DNA of 30,683 nucleotides. It comes from Candidatus Altimarinota bacterium. Lineage in GTDB: Bacteria; Patescibacteriota; Gracilibacteria; JBDHUY01. Both the position numbers and the translations under genes were made by a program. Shown one piece after another: positions 19,179 through 27,470 of this stretch; position 1 is the first letter of the stretch, and each line of letters begins with the position of its first letter. The stretch lies in NCBI GenBank assembly GCA_039809385.1, contig JBDHUY010000018.1, positions 1 through 30,683 on the forward strand. The letters are read 5' to 3'. A model generated the notes under the pieces. The model was not told the origin of the DNA. It ran no database searches and worked only from the letters and a program-made list of their open reading frames with translations.

Positions 19179-19604
19179 ATGTCACCTACACTCCAACAGG
19201 TTGATGCTTACTCAGTTCCCGAGTTTGTAGCCGCAAGAGTGGCTAAGCAATACGATCTTTCTCTTGAATATGCTGCTGATTTGGTACTTGAAGCTAAAAG
19301 GATGTTGTTTGTTAAAATACTATCAGGTCAAGACGTAGCTCCTTCTGCCCGAGTGGATATGGCGTGGCATGAAATGATGCTGTTTACAAGATTCTATAAG
19401 GAATTTTGTGAATTCTTGGGGGGAGGTTTTATCCATCACGATCCTACGCCTCCCGAAAGTGTGGAAGAGTATATGAAAGGTCCTTTCAAAACATTATCTT
19501 TGGCTATGGATGAGGGGGATGAGGAAGGCCCGACCTATACACAGACCAAAGTTAATTATGAAAAATTACTGGGAATAAAACCTAATCCTGAATATTGGCC
19601 ATAA
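19179..19604 (+). CDS. glycine-rich-domain (GRDP/DUF1399-like) family protein, core domain only
   Basis: EAKRML...PSARVDMAWHEMMLFTRFYKEFC.....FIHHDP...Y..T...YEKL.G..P...YWP motif set. Confidence 0.8.
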   Translation: MSPTLQQVDAYSVPEFVAARVAKQYDLSLEYAADLVLEAKRMLFVKILSGQDVAPSARVDMAWHEMMLFTRFYKEFCEFLGGGFIHHDPTPPESVEEYMKGPFKTLSLAMDEGDEEGPTYTQTKVNYEKLLGIKPNPEYWP

Positions 19605-19695
19605 AAAATTGATCAATTTCAGAGAATTTCCGTATGTCTCATTTGCAGTACGGCATGTATTGTTTTATAGTAATGCATGTACTTTACCGTAAGCC

Positions 19696-21522
19696 ATGAA
19701 TTCTCAGGATTTGCAAAAAAGATTTCCGGAAGTTTACAGGGGTCTTTTTTCATATTGTCCGATAGTGCTTTCGGCTCCGATTTGTTTTGCTTGGGTAGCG
19801 CATGCTTCACAAGCGTATAGAGGTTTGGCGATCCGTCAAAAAATCCCAAAGAAAGTTTGGCTTGGAATCAAATTTATCGATACTCCAGGGGTAAGATTCA
19901 AAGATATATCTTGTTATGCTGAAAAAGAGGATAAATTTGTCATCATGTCATTAGAAGGAGCTATTCCAAACCTAAACAATGTACTCTCCTACTTGCTTTT
20001 TTTGTATCCCGAATATCTGGATCAAAAAGGAATCGAAATTTGTGCAATTGCTGAACATCAAATACACAAAAGTACTATTATAATAGATATTTTTCTTGCT
20101 CTCGTGGTACTATCTTTCGAGATGGTCACGTCAAGTCTTTCTCTGGCATTTCTTAATGAATGGGCTAAATCTCGCCCTAATGAACTTTTAAATCAAAGAC
20201 ACTCACAGTTTTTTGATGTTGTTAATCGTATATGGAAGCTAAACTATATCGTAAACAATGCTAGCTGGGGATTTGGCTTTTTAACGTCTTTGGTGACAAC
20301 TTCCTATCCCTTAGTATACAGTCCAAGTATCTCTATGCGAAAATGTGATTTAATATCCCACCATCATCCGAACTTCCAACACTTACCCGATGCCTCTTTG
20401 TGGGTATATGACATGAGAGATTTGTATCCAGATTTGCCCGCCGAGTCATTTTTTCCGATTGATATAGCAACAATATTTTCTGGAAAAAGTCACTCGTCTG
20501 CCGAACTTACGCAGCGTAATCAAAAAAATGATTATAACGTTAACGATTTGTTCAATTCGATAGAAAAGATATTCAACTTGTCCCTGGATAAGAATGGACA
20601 CCTTCCTCGTTTTTATGAAATGTTTGATAAAAATAGGGACGGCGATCCGTATAACCTGACAGACACTGTTGCTATTATTTCGTTGCAATTTTTAGAATCA
20701 TTTTACAAGTTATTTACCCATAGCTTCGATGATCGAGTGATCACTGAGTTTATTAATCTACTTCTTAGGCGACATTCATCTTTAGATTGCCTTGGTAATA
20801 TGTCTTATCGCGTCCGTCAGGTAATCATGCGACTGAATTCCGATCTGTTTTCTTCCCATCCTCATAGTCCGTTTAGCATTTTTTCTTTATTGGATGTTTC
20901 AGTCGGCGGTTATCTGGGATTTGCAGGATTTCCAAATATTCATCGTCAGGCTCTGGAGGAAAGTGTTGCTCATCTCCAAAAGGAATACCCAGAGGTCTCG
21001 CTCGATTATGCCAGCTGGCGGGACGGTTTTTGCTCCGACGGTGTGATTGTCGAGCAGCACTTGGAGGAAGGCATCAAATCTCCGTATCTCAGCAGTTCAA
21101 GCTATGCGGTTGTTTCATATAGCAAAGATTCTCACAGTCAGCGACTGGTGGAAATGAAGGATATTCCCAAGATCGAATCCGCAGGAATTATTCTGCTTAA
21201 TTCGATCAATAATACCATCACGATTTCCGGTACCTCCTTAACCAGCAAAGAACTGCATTCCCAAAAAGCCACCATCCAGCTCCTGCAATCTTTGCTCGAA
21301 GCGAAAGGCCATCGCATTGAAAACACAGCCCTGCCGCGCTCAGCCTATTCCCTCAACAAAAACGACATGACCGGCAAACTGTTACTCCCTTTCAAGAAGC
21401 TGGTTCAGCAGCGTACCGGTAAAACAATCGAACTTCAGGCTACCGGCAGTCTCTCCGAATTCGTCATCGAACTCGTCCTGCCGGATGACTTGGAGATCTT
21501 GATTGTCTCTAAGAACCGTTAG
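19696..21522 (+). CDS. degenerate GHMP-kinase-like domain plus C-terminal winged-helix-like domain protein
   Basis: N-terminal SAPICFAWVAHASQAYRGLAI resembles the GHMP 'SAPG....GEH..YG..AI' start; the C-terminus has a beta-sheet/helix/beta-hairpin pattern like an OmpR-type wHTH. Confidence 0.55.
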   Translation: MNSQDLQKRFPEVYRGLFSYCPIVLSAPICFAWVAHASQAYRGLAIRQKIPKKVWLGIKFIDTPGVRFKDISCYAEKEDKFVIMSLEGAIPNLNNVLSYLLFLYPEYLDQKGIEICAIAEHQIHKSTIIIDIFLALVVLSFEMVTSSLSLAFLNEWAKSRPNELLNQRHSQFFDVVNRIWKLNYIVNNASWGFGFLTSLVTTSYPLVYSPSISMRKCDLISHHHPNFQHLPDASLWVYDMRDLYPDLPAESFFPIDIATIFSGKSHSSAELTQRNQKNDYNVNDLFNSIEKIFNLSLDKNGHLPRFYEMFDKNRDGDPYNLTDTVAIISLQFLESFYKLFTHSFDDRVITEFINLLLRRHSSLDCLGNMSYRVRQVIMRLNSDLFSSHPHSPFSIFSLLDVSVGGYLGFAGFPNIHRQALEESVAHLQKEYPEVSLDYASWRDGFCSDGVIVEQHLEEGIKSPYLSSSSYAVVSYSKDSHSQRLVEMKDIPKIESAGIILLNSINNTITISGTSLTSKELHSQKATIQLLQSLLEAKGHRIENTALPRSAYSLNKNDMTGKLLLPFKKLVQQRTGKTIELQATGSLSEFVIELVLPDDLEILIVSKNR

Positions 21523-21713
21523 TATTGACTATTCGTTCTTGCTTGTGTGTTATTCTCTGCCGTATTTCCACCGGGAGCCGTCATAAGCTGCTGAATTTTA
21601 TGTGCTATCTCTGCTCTTTTACCAGGATCAACGACGCCATCAAAAGGGCTGGGAGAAAGTTTTGGTATCGGAATTTTGGTAAGAGTCTCTCCAGGATCAC
21701 CTTCATAGTTCAT
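21519..21713 (-). CDS. hypothetical small protein (64 aa, MNYEGDPG...)
   Basis: Strong promoter TTGTCA-16-TATAAT with a TG extension on the - strand at 21745-21772; stop overlaps the stop of the 608-aa gene. Confidence 0.6.
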   Translation of the reverse strand: MNYEGDPGETLTKIPIPKLSPSPFDGVVDPGKRAEIAHKIQQLMTAPGGNTAENNTQARTNSQY

Positions 21714-22105
21714 TTTTGTATTTGTTAGGAAATATTTTTTTATTATTATAGCATGTATTTTTGTAATGACAAGTATCTCTGACAGGTATTGTATGCTTGT
21801 TGCGGTATGCATCGGTAGTATAGCTTGAATAGAGTGTCAATGGTGATGCGAGGAAGGGGGTCTGTTATTCTGAGCGAAAGCACGAAGGCTGTTGGGACGA
21901 GCAGGACGATCATTAATGAACGTGCCGATCACTGTAATCATTCGTCACTGAGTCTATGTAAAACGCTCCGAGTGTTCCCGGACCTCCGCCGTGGCGGGGC
22001 GGCAGGCAATCCGGGATGACAACGCCCAACCGAGACGATGCCGCAGGTCTCTCTCACTCTACAAAACCGAAGAGTTTCGTAGAGGACTCAAGGGCTGATC
22101 CATAA

Positions 22106-22137
22106 AAAAACACCCAATCGAATGATTGGGTGTTTTT
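22106..22137. terminator. bidirectional intrinsic terminator (ends the dipZ transcript)
   Basis: aaaaa-cacccaatc-gaat-gattgggtg-ttttt. Confidence 0.85.
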
Positions 22138-22159
22138 AGTGTAACAGACTTTCTTTTTC

Positions 22160-23953
22160 TTACCCAAACGTAAACGCATAGACCTCCACACCATCCTCGG
22201 TAAATTCCAGGCTGAGCGTATGATTCTCGTTTTTGGGCAGTTTTACCAGCTTGTAGAGACGATCCTCGACCACCGTTACCATGCCGTCTTTCACATCTTC
22301 TCCAGCAATATCCGCGGCAATCGGTTTCCCGTCCAGCAATACTTTTACCTGATTGCCCTGTTTGCTGGAGCGCATCACCAGGTAGACCTCCTGCGACTCG
22401 AAGTTAAATTCGAGTTTGGCTCCTTGCTTTGGCATGGCACGCTGATCGCCGACCAGCCATTTGCCAAGATAAGCAAAATCGTTTTTTGAGAGCGTTTCGG
22501 TCTTGAGCGTAAAATCGGTTTCCTTGTCGGTTGCATAATCTTCTTTCGACTGGAAGCGACTGGAATCAAGCCGTTCGTAGCCGAGATACGTTTCGGGACT
22601 TTGCTGTGTCGTCGGCGTTTTATCCTCAAGATCGACTACACTGTCTTCTACCTGGCTTCCGTTCTCTTCCAGCAGCATCTGGATAAACTTCTCCGATTCT
22701 TCGTATTCGCCTTCGCCGAAGTGGGTACGGCGGATCTTACCGTTTTTATCGATAAAGTACTCTGCCGGCCAGAAACGGTTTTTATAACTCTTCCAGATCA
22801 GGTAATCGTTATCCTGCACTACGGGGTACTCGATTTTATACTGTTCCATCGCTTTACGAACATTGTTCTCGTTCTTTTCGAACTCGAATTCGGGCGTATG
22901 AACCCCGATGATCACAAAGCCTTTGTCTTTGTATTTGTTGTACCACGCGGTGGTGTAGGGGAGGGTACGAATACAGTTGATACAAGTGTAGGTCCAGAAG
23001 TCTACTAACACGACCTTCCCTTTCAATTTGTCCAATGTCAGCGCTTCGCCGTTAAGCCATTTGGTGGCTCCTTCGAAATTCGGGTTCGGAGCTGCCGGGT
23101 AATTTTTAGAATCGTTCATGCTTGAAGTGTCTGAAGAAGTATTTCCCATTTGAGCTTTCACCGTATCCATCGGTTGTCCCATAGGCATATCCTCTATTCC
23201 TCCTCCGGCTAGGCGATTGAGTTCTTGCTGCACGGCACTATTTTCTTCGAATTTCGTCAGTCCGGTACCGTATTGAGGAAATGCCTCAAGTACGTACGCT
23301 TGTAATCTCTTATCGATATCGAAGGCTATTCCTACTGAAACCAGGATCATAAGGACGCCAAAGACCTGGCGGATGCGGGCGGAATTATTAAGCAGTCCGG
23401 GTACTTTTTTGATCAATGCGCGGCCTCCGTACATGATCAGGAGCATGGGCAGAGCCGTTCCGACTGCATATGAAAGAGCGATCAACACCGCTTCGATGGT
23501 CACGCTGCTGGTAGCGGCCAGGGTAATAACACCAGCCAAAATCGGGCCGACACACGGAGTCCAGAGCAGTCCAAGACTCAGACCGATCAGGATACCGCCC
23601 CCAAATCCGGAACGCTGCGCATTTTTTCCCTGCGCGCTAGTAGACATTTTGGAGACAGCATGTTCCAGCCATACCTGCACTTTCGAACTAAACAGAGCGA
23701 TCCCAAACAGAAACAAGGCCGCGATGGCTATGATCCGCAGCGATTCCTGGGAGAGCCCGAAGGCCTTCAGCAACGCGAACGAAAAAACCGTAAAAAAGGT
23801 AAAACTCAAGATAAACCCCAGAATGATCCCTAAGGGGCGTTGTTTCCCGCCCGTCGCGCCGCCCGAGAGGACGATCGGCAGTACCGGTAAAATACAAGGG
23901 GACAGAATCGTAACGACGCCGGCCAGAAAGGCAAAACCGATGAGGACGAACAT
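22160..23953 (-). CDS. dipZ: DipZ-type CcdA/DsbD membrane domain-thioredoxin fusion
   Basis: LSPCILPVLP, WTPCVGPIL, DFWTYTCINC, GVHTPEF, SPETYLGY, YAFTFG. Confidence 0.93.
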   Translation of the reverse strand: MFVLIGFAFLAGVVTILSPCILPVLPIVLSGGATGGKQRPLGIILGFILSFTFFTVFSFALLKAFGLSQESLRIIAIAALFLFGIALFSSKVQVWLEHAVSKMSTSAQGKNAQRSGFGGGILIGLSLGLLWTPCVGPILAGVITLAATSSVTIEAVLIALSYAVGTALPMLLIMYGGRALIKKVPGLLNNSARIRQVFGVLMILVSVGIAFDIDKRLQAYVLEAFPQYGTGLTKFEENSAVQQELNRLAGGGIEDMPMGQPMDTVKAQMGNTSSDTSSMNDSKNYPAAPNPNFEGATKWLNGEALTLDKLKGKVVLVDFWTYTCINCIRTLPYTTAWYNKYKDKGFVIIGVHTPEFEFEKNENNVRKAMEQYKIEYPVVQDNDYLIWKSYKNRFWPAEYFIDKNGKIRRTHFGEGEYEESEKFIQMLLEENGSQVEDSVVDLEDKTPTTQQSPETYLGYERLDSSRFQSKEDYATDKETDFTLKTETLSKNDFAYLGKWLVGDQRAMPKQGAKLEFNFESQEVYLVMRSSKQGNQVKVLLDGKPIAADIAGEDVKDGMVTVVEDRLYKLVKLPKNENHTLSLEFTEDGVEVYAFTFG

Positions 23954-24096
23954 GGGAAGGGGGATAAGGGTATAAAGTATGATGTATTACGTAGTATGTA
24001 TGGGGCCAAGGTTTAGTATACTATCGACATATAAAACGTTAATCCTCCCCCCGTTTTGGGGGGAGCTGGAGTGCGGACATATATTTCTTCTTGCAT

Positions 24097-24510
24097 CTAC
24101 TGTATTTGCTTGAGTATATCCGCCAGAGTCGGAGAACCGTTCCAGAGCTTTATTTTCTCGCCTCGCTCGTTGACTTGCACAAAGGTGTGCTGGCGCACGA
24201 CTCCGTATTTGGCCTTCAATGCGGTGGAAGTATCATAATTAACTTTGGCGATCGTGGTATTGGCCGGAATCTGCGTTAGGTTTTCGTTAATATCGTTGTC
24301 TACCGCCCGGCAAGTAGGGCACCAGTCGGCTTTGAAGAACAATACTAGTTTTCCGTCCCGGGCTTTGTCTAAAAGATTTTCTGTATAATCTGTATATTGA
24401 GCATTCCCCAAGCTCCCGGTGGGGGAGGGCGCAGTATTTGAATTTTGAGCCCCGCAAGCTGTGAGGAGAAGAACGGGAAGAGCCAGGAATAGCAGAGCGA
24501 TTTTTTTCAT
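24097..24510 (-). CDS. thioredoxin-family lipoprotein
   Basis: MKKIALLFLALPVLLLTAC lipobox; FFKADWCPTC. Confidence 0.9.
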   Translation of the reverse strand: MKKIALLFLALPVLLLTACGAQNSNTAPSPTGSLGNAQYTDYTENLLDKARDGKLVLFFKADWCPTCRAVDNDINENLTQIPANTTIAKVNYDTSTALKAKYGVVRQHTFVQVNERGEKIKLWNGSPTLADILKQIQ

Positions 24511-24675
24511 AGTAAAGAGTGAATAATGAATGGTGAATCGTGAATCATGCAGGACAGGCATCTAATGAGCCGTAGCTAAAAGTGAAATGTTAATTATTCT
24601 CAGATTTCTATTTCTCTCTATTCTTGATCTCCGCATGCTTTACAAACTTTAAGAACTTTATAACTTTAAAAACTC

Positions 24676-25659
24676 CTACTGAACTTGCTTTAAAATATCG
24701 CTCAGCGTCTTGCTACCCACCCACAGTTTTAGCTTGTTTCCGGTACTGTCTACCTGTACGAACGTATGCTGGTAGGTCACTCCGTATTTGTTTCTCAAAT
24801 CTTTGGAAGAATCGTAATCGACCTTTAAGATGGTGACATTCCCGGGGATATTGTCTTTATTATTTAGAATATCGGTATTGGTCTCTTTGCAATGCGGACA
24901 CCACGGAGCATGGAAAAACAGGACGACATCTCCCTCTGCTGCACGGGAGAGATAACTGGCATCGTAATCGACGTAGATTCCGGGACCGGTTACTGTTTCT
25001 GTGTTATTGCCGCTGCTGCCGTCCGAAGAGATGGTTCCTTCGATGCTGGAGCCGGTATTTCCCGACAATTGTTGATAATTTTTTGAAGGGAGATTCGTAA
25101 TCTTGGCTTTCATGCGGTAAACGATCTCGGCCATTTCGCCCCGGGTCAGCTTGTGATCAAACGATCCAATCGTGGTTGGAATTGCCGCCGTACCGGCCAG
25201 CTTTTCCACATATCCCTTATACCAGGGATCGGTTGCCGGGACCTGTTGTCCGAATGCATTCGCGATAATCTTGGCAGCCTCGGCGAAATTGATATCGCTG
25301 CCGGGCCCGAAACTCCCGTTAGGATAGCCGCTAATAAAGCCTTTTTCTTTGCCTTTACATAAATATTTGGCAAACCATTCGTCTTTCACGTCGCTAAAAC
25401 AGTTTTTGCCGTTGCCGATGTCGGCAACGACCGCCCCCACGATAATCTTGGTAAACTCGGCCCGGTTAATGCGATTGTCCGGTTTAAATGTACCGTCCGA
25501 ATACCCGCTGACTATTCCTTGTTCTTTAACGTAATCAATCGCAGTTTTGTTCGGGTGCTCGTTAGAAACGTCACCGAAGGTGCCCACGGCCGATACGCTC
25601 GCAGTGGCAGTCCCGGCTAGGATAAGTAAGGATAATATTGTTATTATACGATGCCTCAT
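24676..25659 (-). CDS. secreted SLH-domain protein with a C-terminal thioredoxin
   Basis: Signal peptide; SLH motifs FGDV...GIVSGYSDGTFKPDNRINRAEF, FSDV...GFISGYPNGSFGP, LTRGEMAE; WCPHC. Confidence 0.9.
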   Translation of the reverse strand: MRHRIITILSLLILAGTATASVSAVGTFGDVSNEHPNKTAIDYVKEQGIVSGYSDGTFKPDNRINRAEFTKIIVGAVVADIGNGKNCFSDVKDEWFAKYLCKGKEKGFISGYPNGSFGPGSDINFAEAAKIIANAFGQQVPATDPWYKGYVEKLAGTAAIPTTIGSFDHKLTRGEMAEIVYRMKAKITNLPSKNYQQLSGNTGSSIEGTISSDGSSGNNTETVTGPGIYVDYDASYLSRAAEGDVVLFFHAPWCPHCKETNTDILNNKDNIPGNVTILKVDYDSSKDLRNKYGVTYQHTFVQVDSTGNKLKLWVGSKTLSDILKQVQ

Positions 25660-26075
25660 AGTATAGGGTGTTAAAGTGTTTCTAGGATCTGGTAACAGCA
25701 TAATGTATCGGGCAGTATATGGAAAGTGATACTTGTCACATAAATTTGTTTTTCACGAATAGCAGTACCTTCCTCGGGCCAATTCCAAATCTCCACGAGA
25801 AAGTTCACATCGCAAAGCTCAAATATCAAATCAAGTTTAAAAATCAAATAACCAATGAAATGCAAAGTCCAAAATCCAAATTTATCAGCTCACAATGTAA
25901 AAGAGAGACAACAAATATTCCCATCAATCCCATTTAGCCTATACTCTTTAATAGTTGGATTTTGGTGTTTTTTGAATTTTGAGCTTTGATAGTACGCTCA
26001 CCATGTCGAGACAATACCGAAAACTACCCACGTATTTGCTTGTAGGTTCTTACCGAGTGCTTGATGTCGCGTTAT

Positions 26076-26450
26076 TTAATTTTTCTGGTTATAGTAAATA
26101 CTTCCCAGAATCTTGGCCATCAGCATCATTGCCAATGATAGAACCAGCCAGAGATTGACTACTCCGGTCGTCCAGCGTTCGACGAAAATGCCGATGATCA
26201 ACGAAGCGGTACCCACCAGAAACGACAACCGGCCGATTTTGAGACGAATCATCTCTTCGCGTTCGTCTTTCGGGTGTTCTTTCCAGATCAACGATGCGAA
26301 AAAAATGAATACCACCGTTATAATCAACAGGTGCGGTTTTTGTAAAAACTCGGGCATGAACCAATTGAGCGGATCGACCAGCCAGCTGATCAAAAAAACC
26401 AGGACGGCGGCAAAAATGATTTCGGTTTTATACTGTTTGAACGCATTCAT
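26076..26450 (-). CDS. 4-TM membrane protein (DERE motif) coupled to the XRE regulator
   Basis: Four hydrophobic helices, PKDEREE motif, ATGA overlap with the HTH gene. Confidence 0.8.
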   Translation of the reverse strand: MNAFKQYKTEIIFAAVLVFLISWLVDPLNWFMPEFLQKPHLLIITVVFIFFASLIWKEHPKDEREEMIRLKIGRLSFLVGTASLIIGIFVERWTTGVVNLWLVLSLAMMLMAKILGSIYYNQKN

Positions 26451-26647
26451 AACGAAAATATCTGTTCAACTGGTAAATTAAATTTTTGGGCTATTTTTAA
26501 CGCCAAAAGCACCGACGGCGTATAATTTCCTTTTTCGATGGCAATGATAGTTTGACGTGTTACTCCCACGGCTTGCGCCAGTTCTTCCTGAGTCATGCCC
26601 AGATCTTTGCGGATCCGCTGCATATTGTTTTTGACGTGTTGGGTCAT
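26447..26647 (-). CDS. XRE/Cro-C1 HTH transcriptional regulator
   Basis: [36 protein letters not shown]. Confidence 0.95.
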   Translation of the reverse strand: MTQHVKNNMQRIRKDLGMTQEELAQAVGVTRQTIIAIEKGNYTPSVLLALKIAQKFNLPVEQIFSL

Positions 26648-26696
26648 GAGCTTTGCCTATGAAACATGTAGTAATCTTATCGTTTTTTTTGATTTA

Positions 26697-26712
26697 GTAA
26701 AGTACGTTTTAC
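26697..26712. promoter_or_regulatory. putative autoregulatory operator GTAAA-N6-TTTAC
   Basis: Palindrome overlapping the -35 (TTTACT-16-TAAGAT, - strand 26674-26701) of the HTH gene. Confidence 0.55.
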
Positions 26713-26928
26713 ATAAATGGTAATGTTACGGTATAATTTTTGTACAAAAAAATCAAGCCATTTTTTTAATTTTTCGTTATTCTGTAGAGAATCCTTTACG
26801 GGATGCCCCAAAAACACTACTGACTTTTGTTGGCAAATGGCGGATTATATTTTACCGTTAAGCGAGCTTGAGTTTTTGCGACGAGTTTTTATAATGAGAC
26901 AGAATACTTTCTTATCATTCCTTCCGAC

Positions 26929-27366
26929 ATGAATCTTGAATCTCTGATGAGTGCGGCACAAAGCTTTTTTAGCAGCAATGCTTTTTCGCTTTTTCTCCAG
27001 GGGCTTATTCTGTATATTGCGGTGCTGTGGATCGCCATCATCGTCTGGGTAACCCGTGACGTCAATAATCGCAGTAACAGCCTCTTTTTTCAGGTATTTT
27101 CGATCCTGATCGTTATTTTTCTTACGCCGCTTTTCGGTCTGCTGATCTATCTGATTTTGCGTCCGGGCAAAACGCTTACCGAAAAATATATCGAGGAGAT
27201 GCAGATGCAGCTTTTGGCCGAAGCTGAGGAAGAGGAGCGTATGAAATTGGCGGCTTTGCAAAAAGGAGAGGTTTCGGCGCTTGATGAGGAACTTGCAAGT
27301 AAAAAAGGAAAACTGAAAAAAGTTTTGTCAAAGCAAAAAGACACTGAAATGAAAGAAGAAGAGTAG
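26929..27366 (+). CDS. PLDc_N-like two-TM membrane protein
   Basis: WVTRDVNNRS...PLFGLLIYLILRP; promoter TTGAGT-16-TATAAT at 26868-95. Confidence 0.8.
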   Translation: MNLESLMSAAQSFFSSNAFSLFLQGLILYIAVLWIAIIVWVTRDVNNRSNSLFFQVFSILIVIFLTPLFGLLIYLILRPGKTLTEKYIEEMQMQLLAEAEEEERMKLAALQKGEVSALDEELASKKGKLKKVLSKQKDTEMKEEE

Positions 27367-27470
27367 CCGGTACGTATCAGCATTAGTTCCCTGAAAAATA
27401 TTTCCGGGGAGTTTATTGCGCTTCAGCTCCCGGGAACTCTTTGGTTCTTTTTATTTGTAAACTTGTTTTT

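Noticed and set aside
19634-19699. 21-aa ORF MSHLQYGMYCFIVMHVLYRKP overlapping the 608-aa start
   Set aside because: It overlaps the likely promoter (TTGCAG-17-TATAGT), lacks KTG and is plausibly a chance ORF
21865-21890. Hammerhead ribozyme or RNase P motif
   Set aside because: ctgagcga does not fit CUGANGA, and gaggaagggg lacks the GAGGAAAGUCC and downstream conserved regions
25671-25937. 64-aa and 72-aa ORFs
   Set aside because: They are translations of heptamer-repeat intergenic DNA
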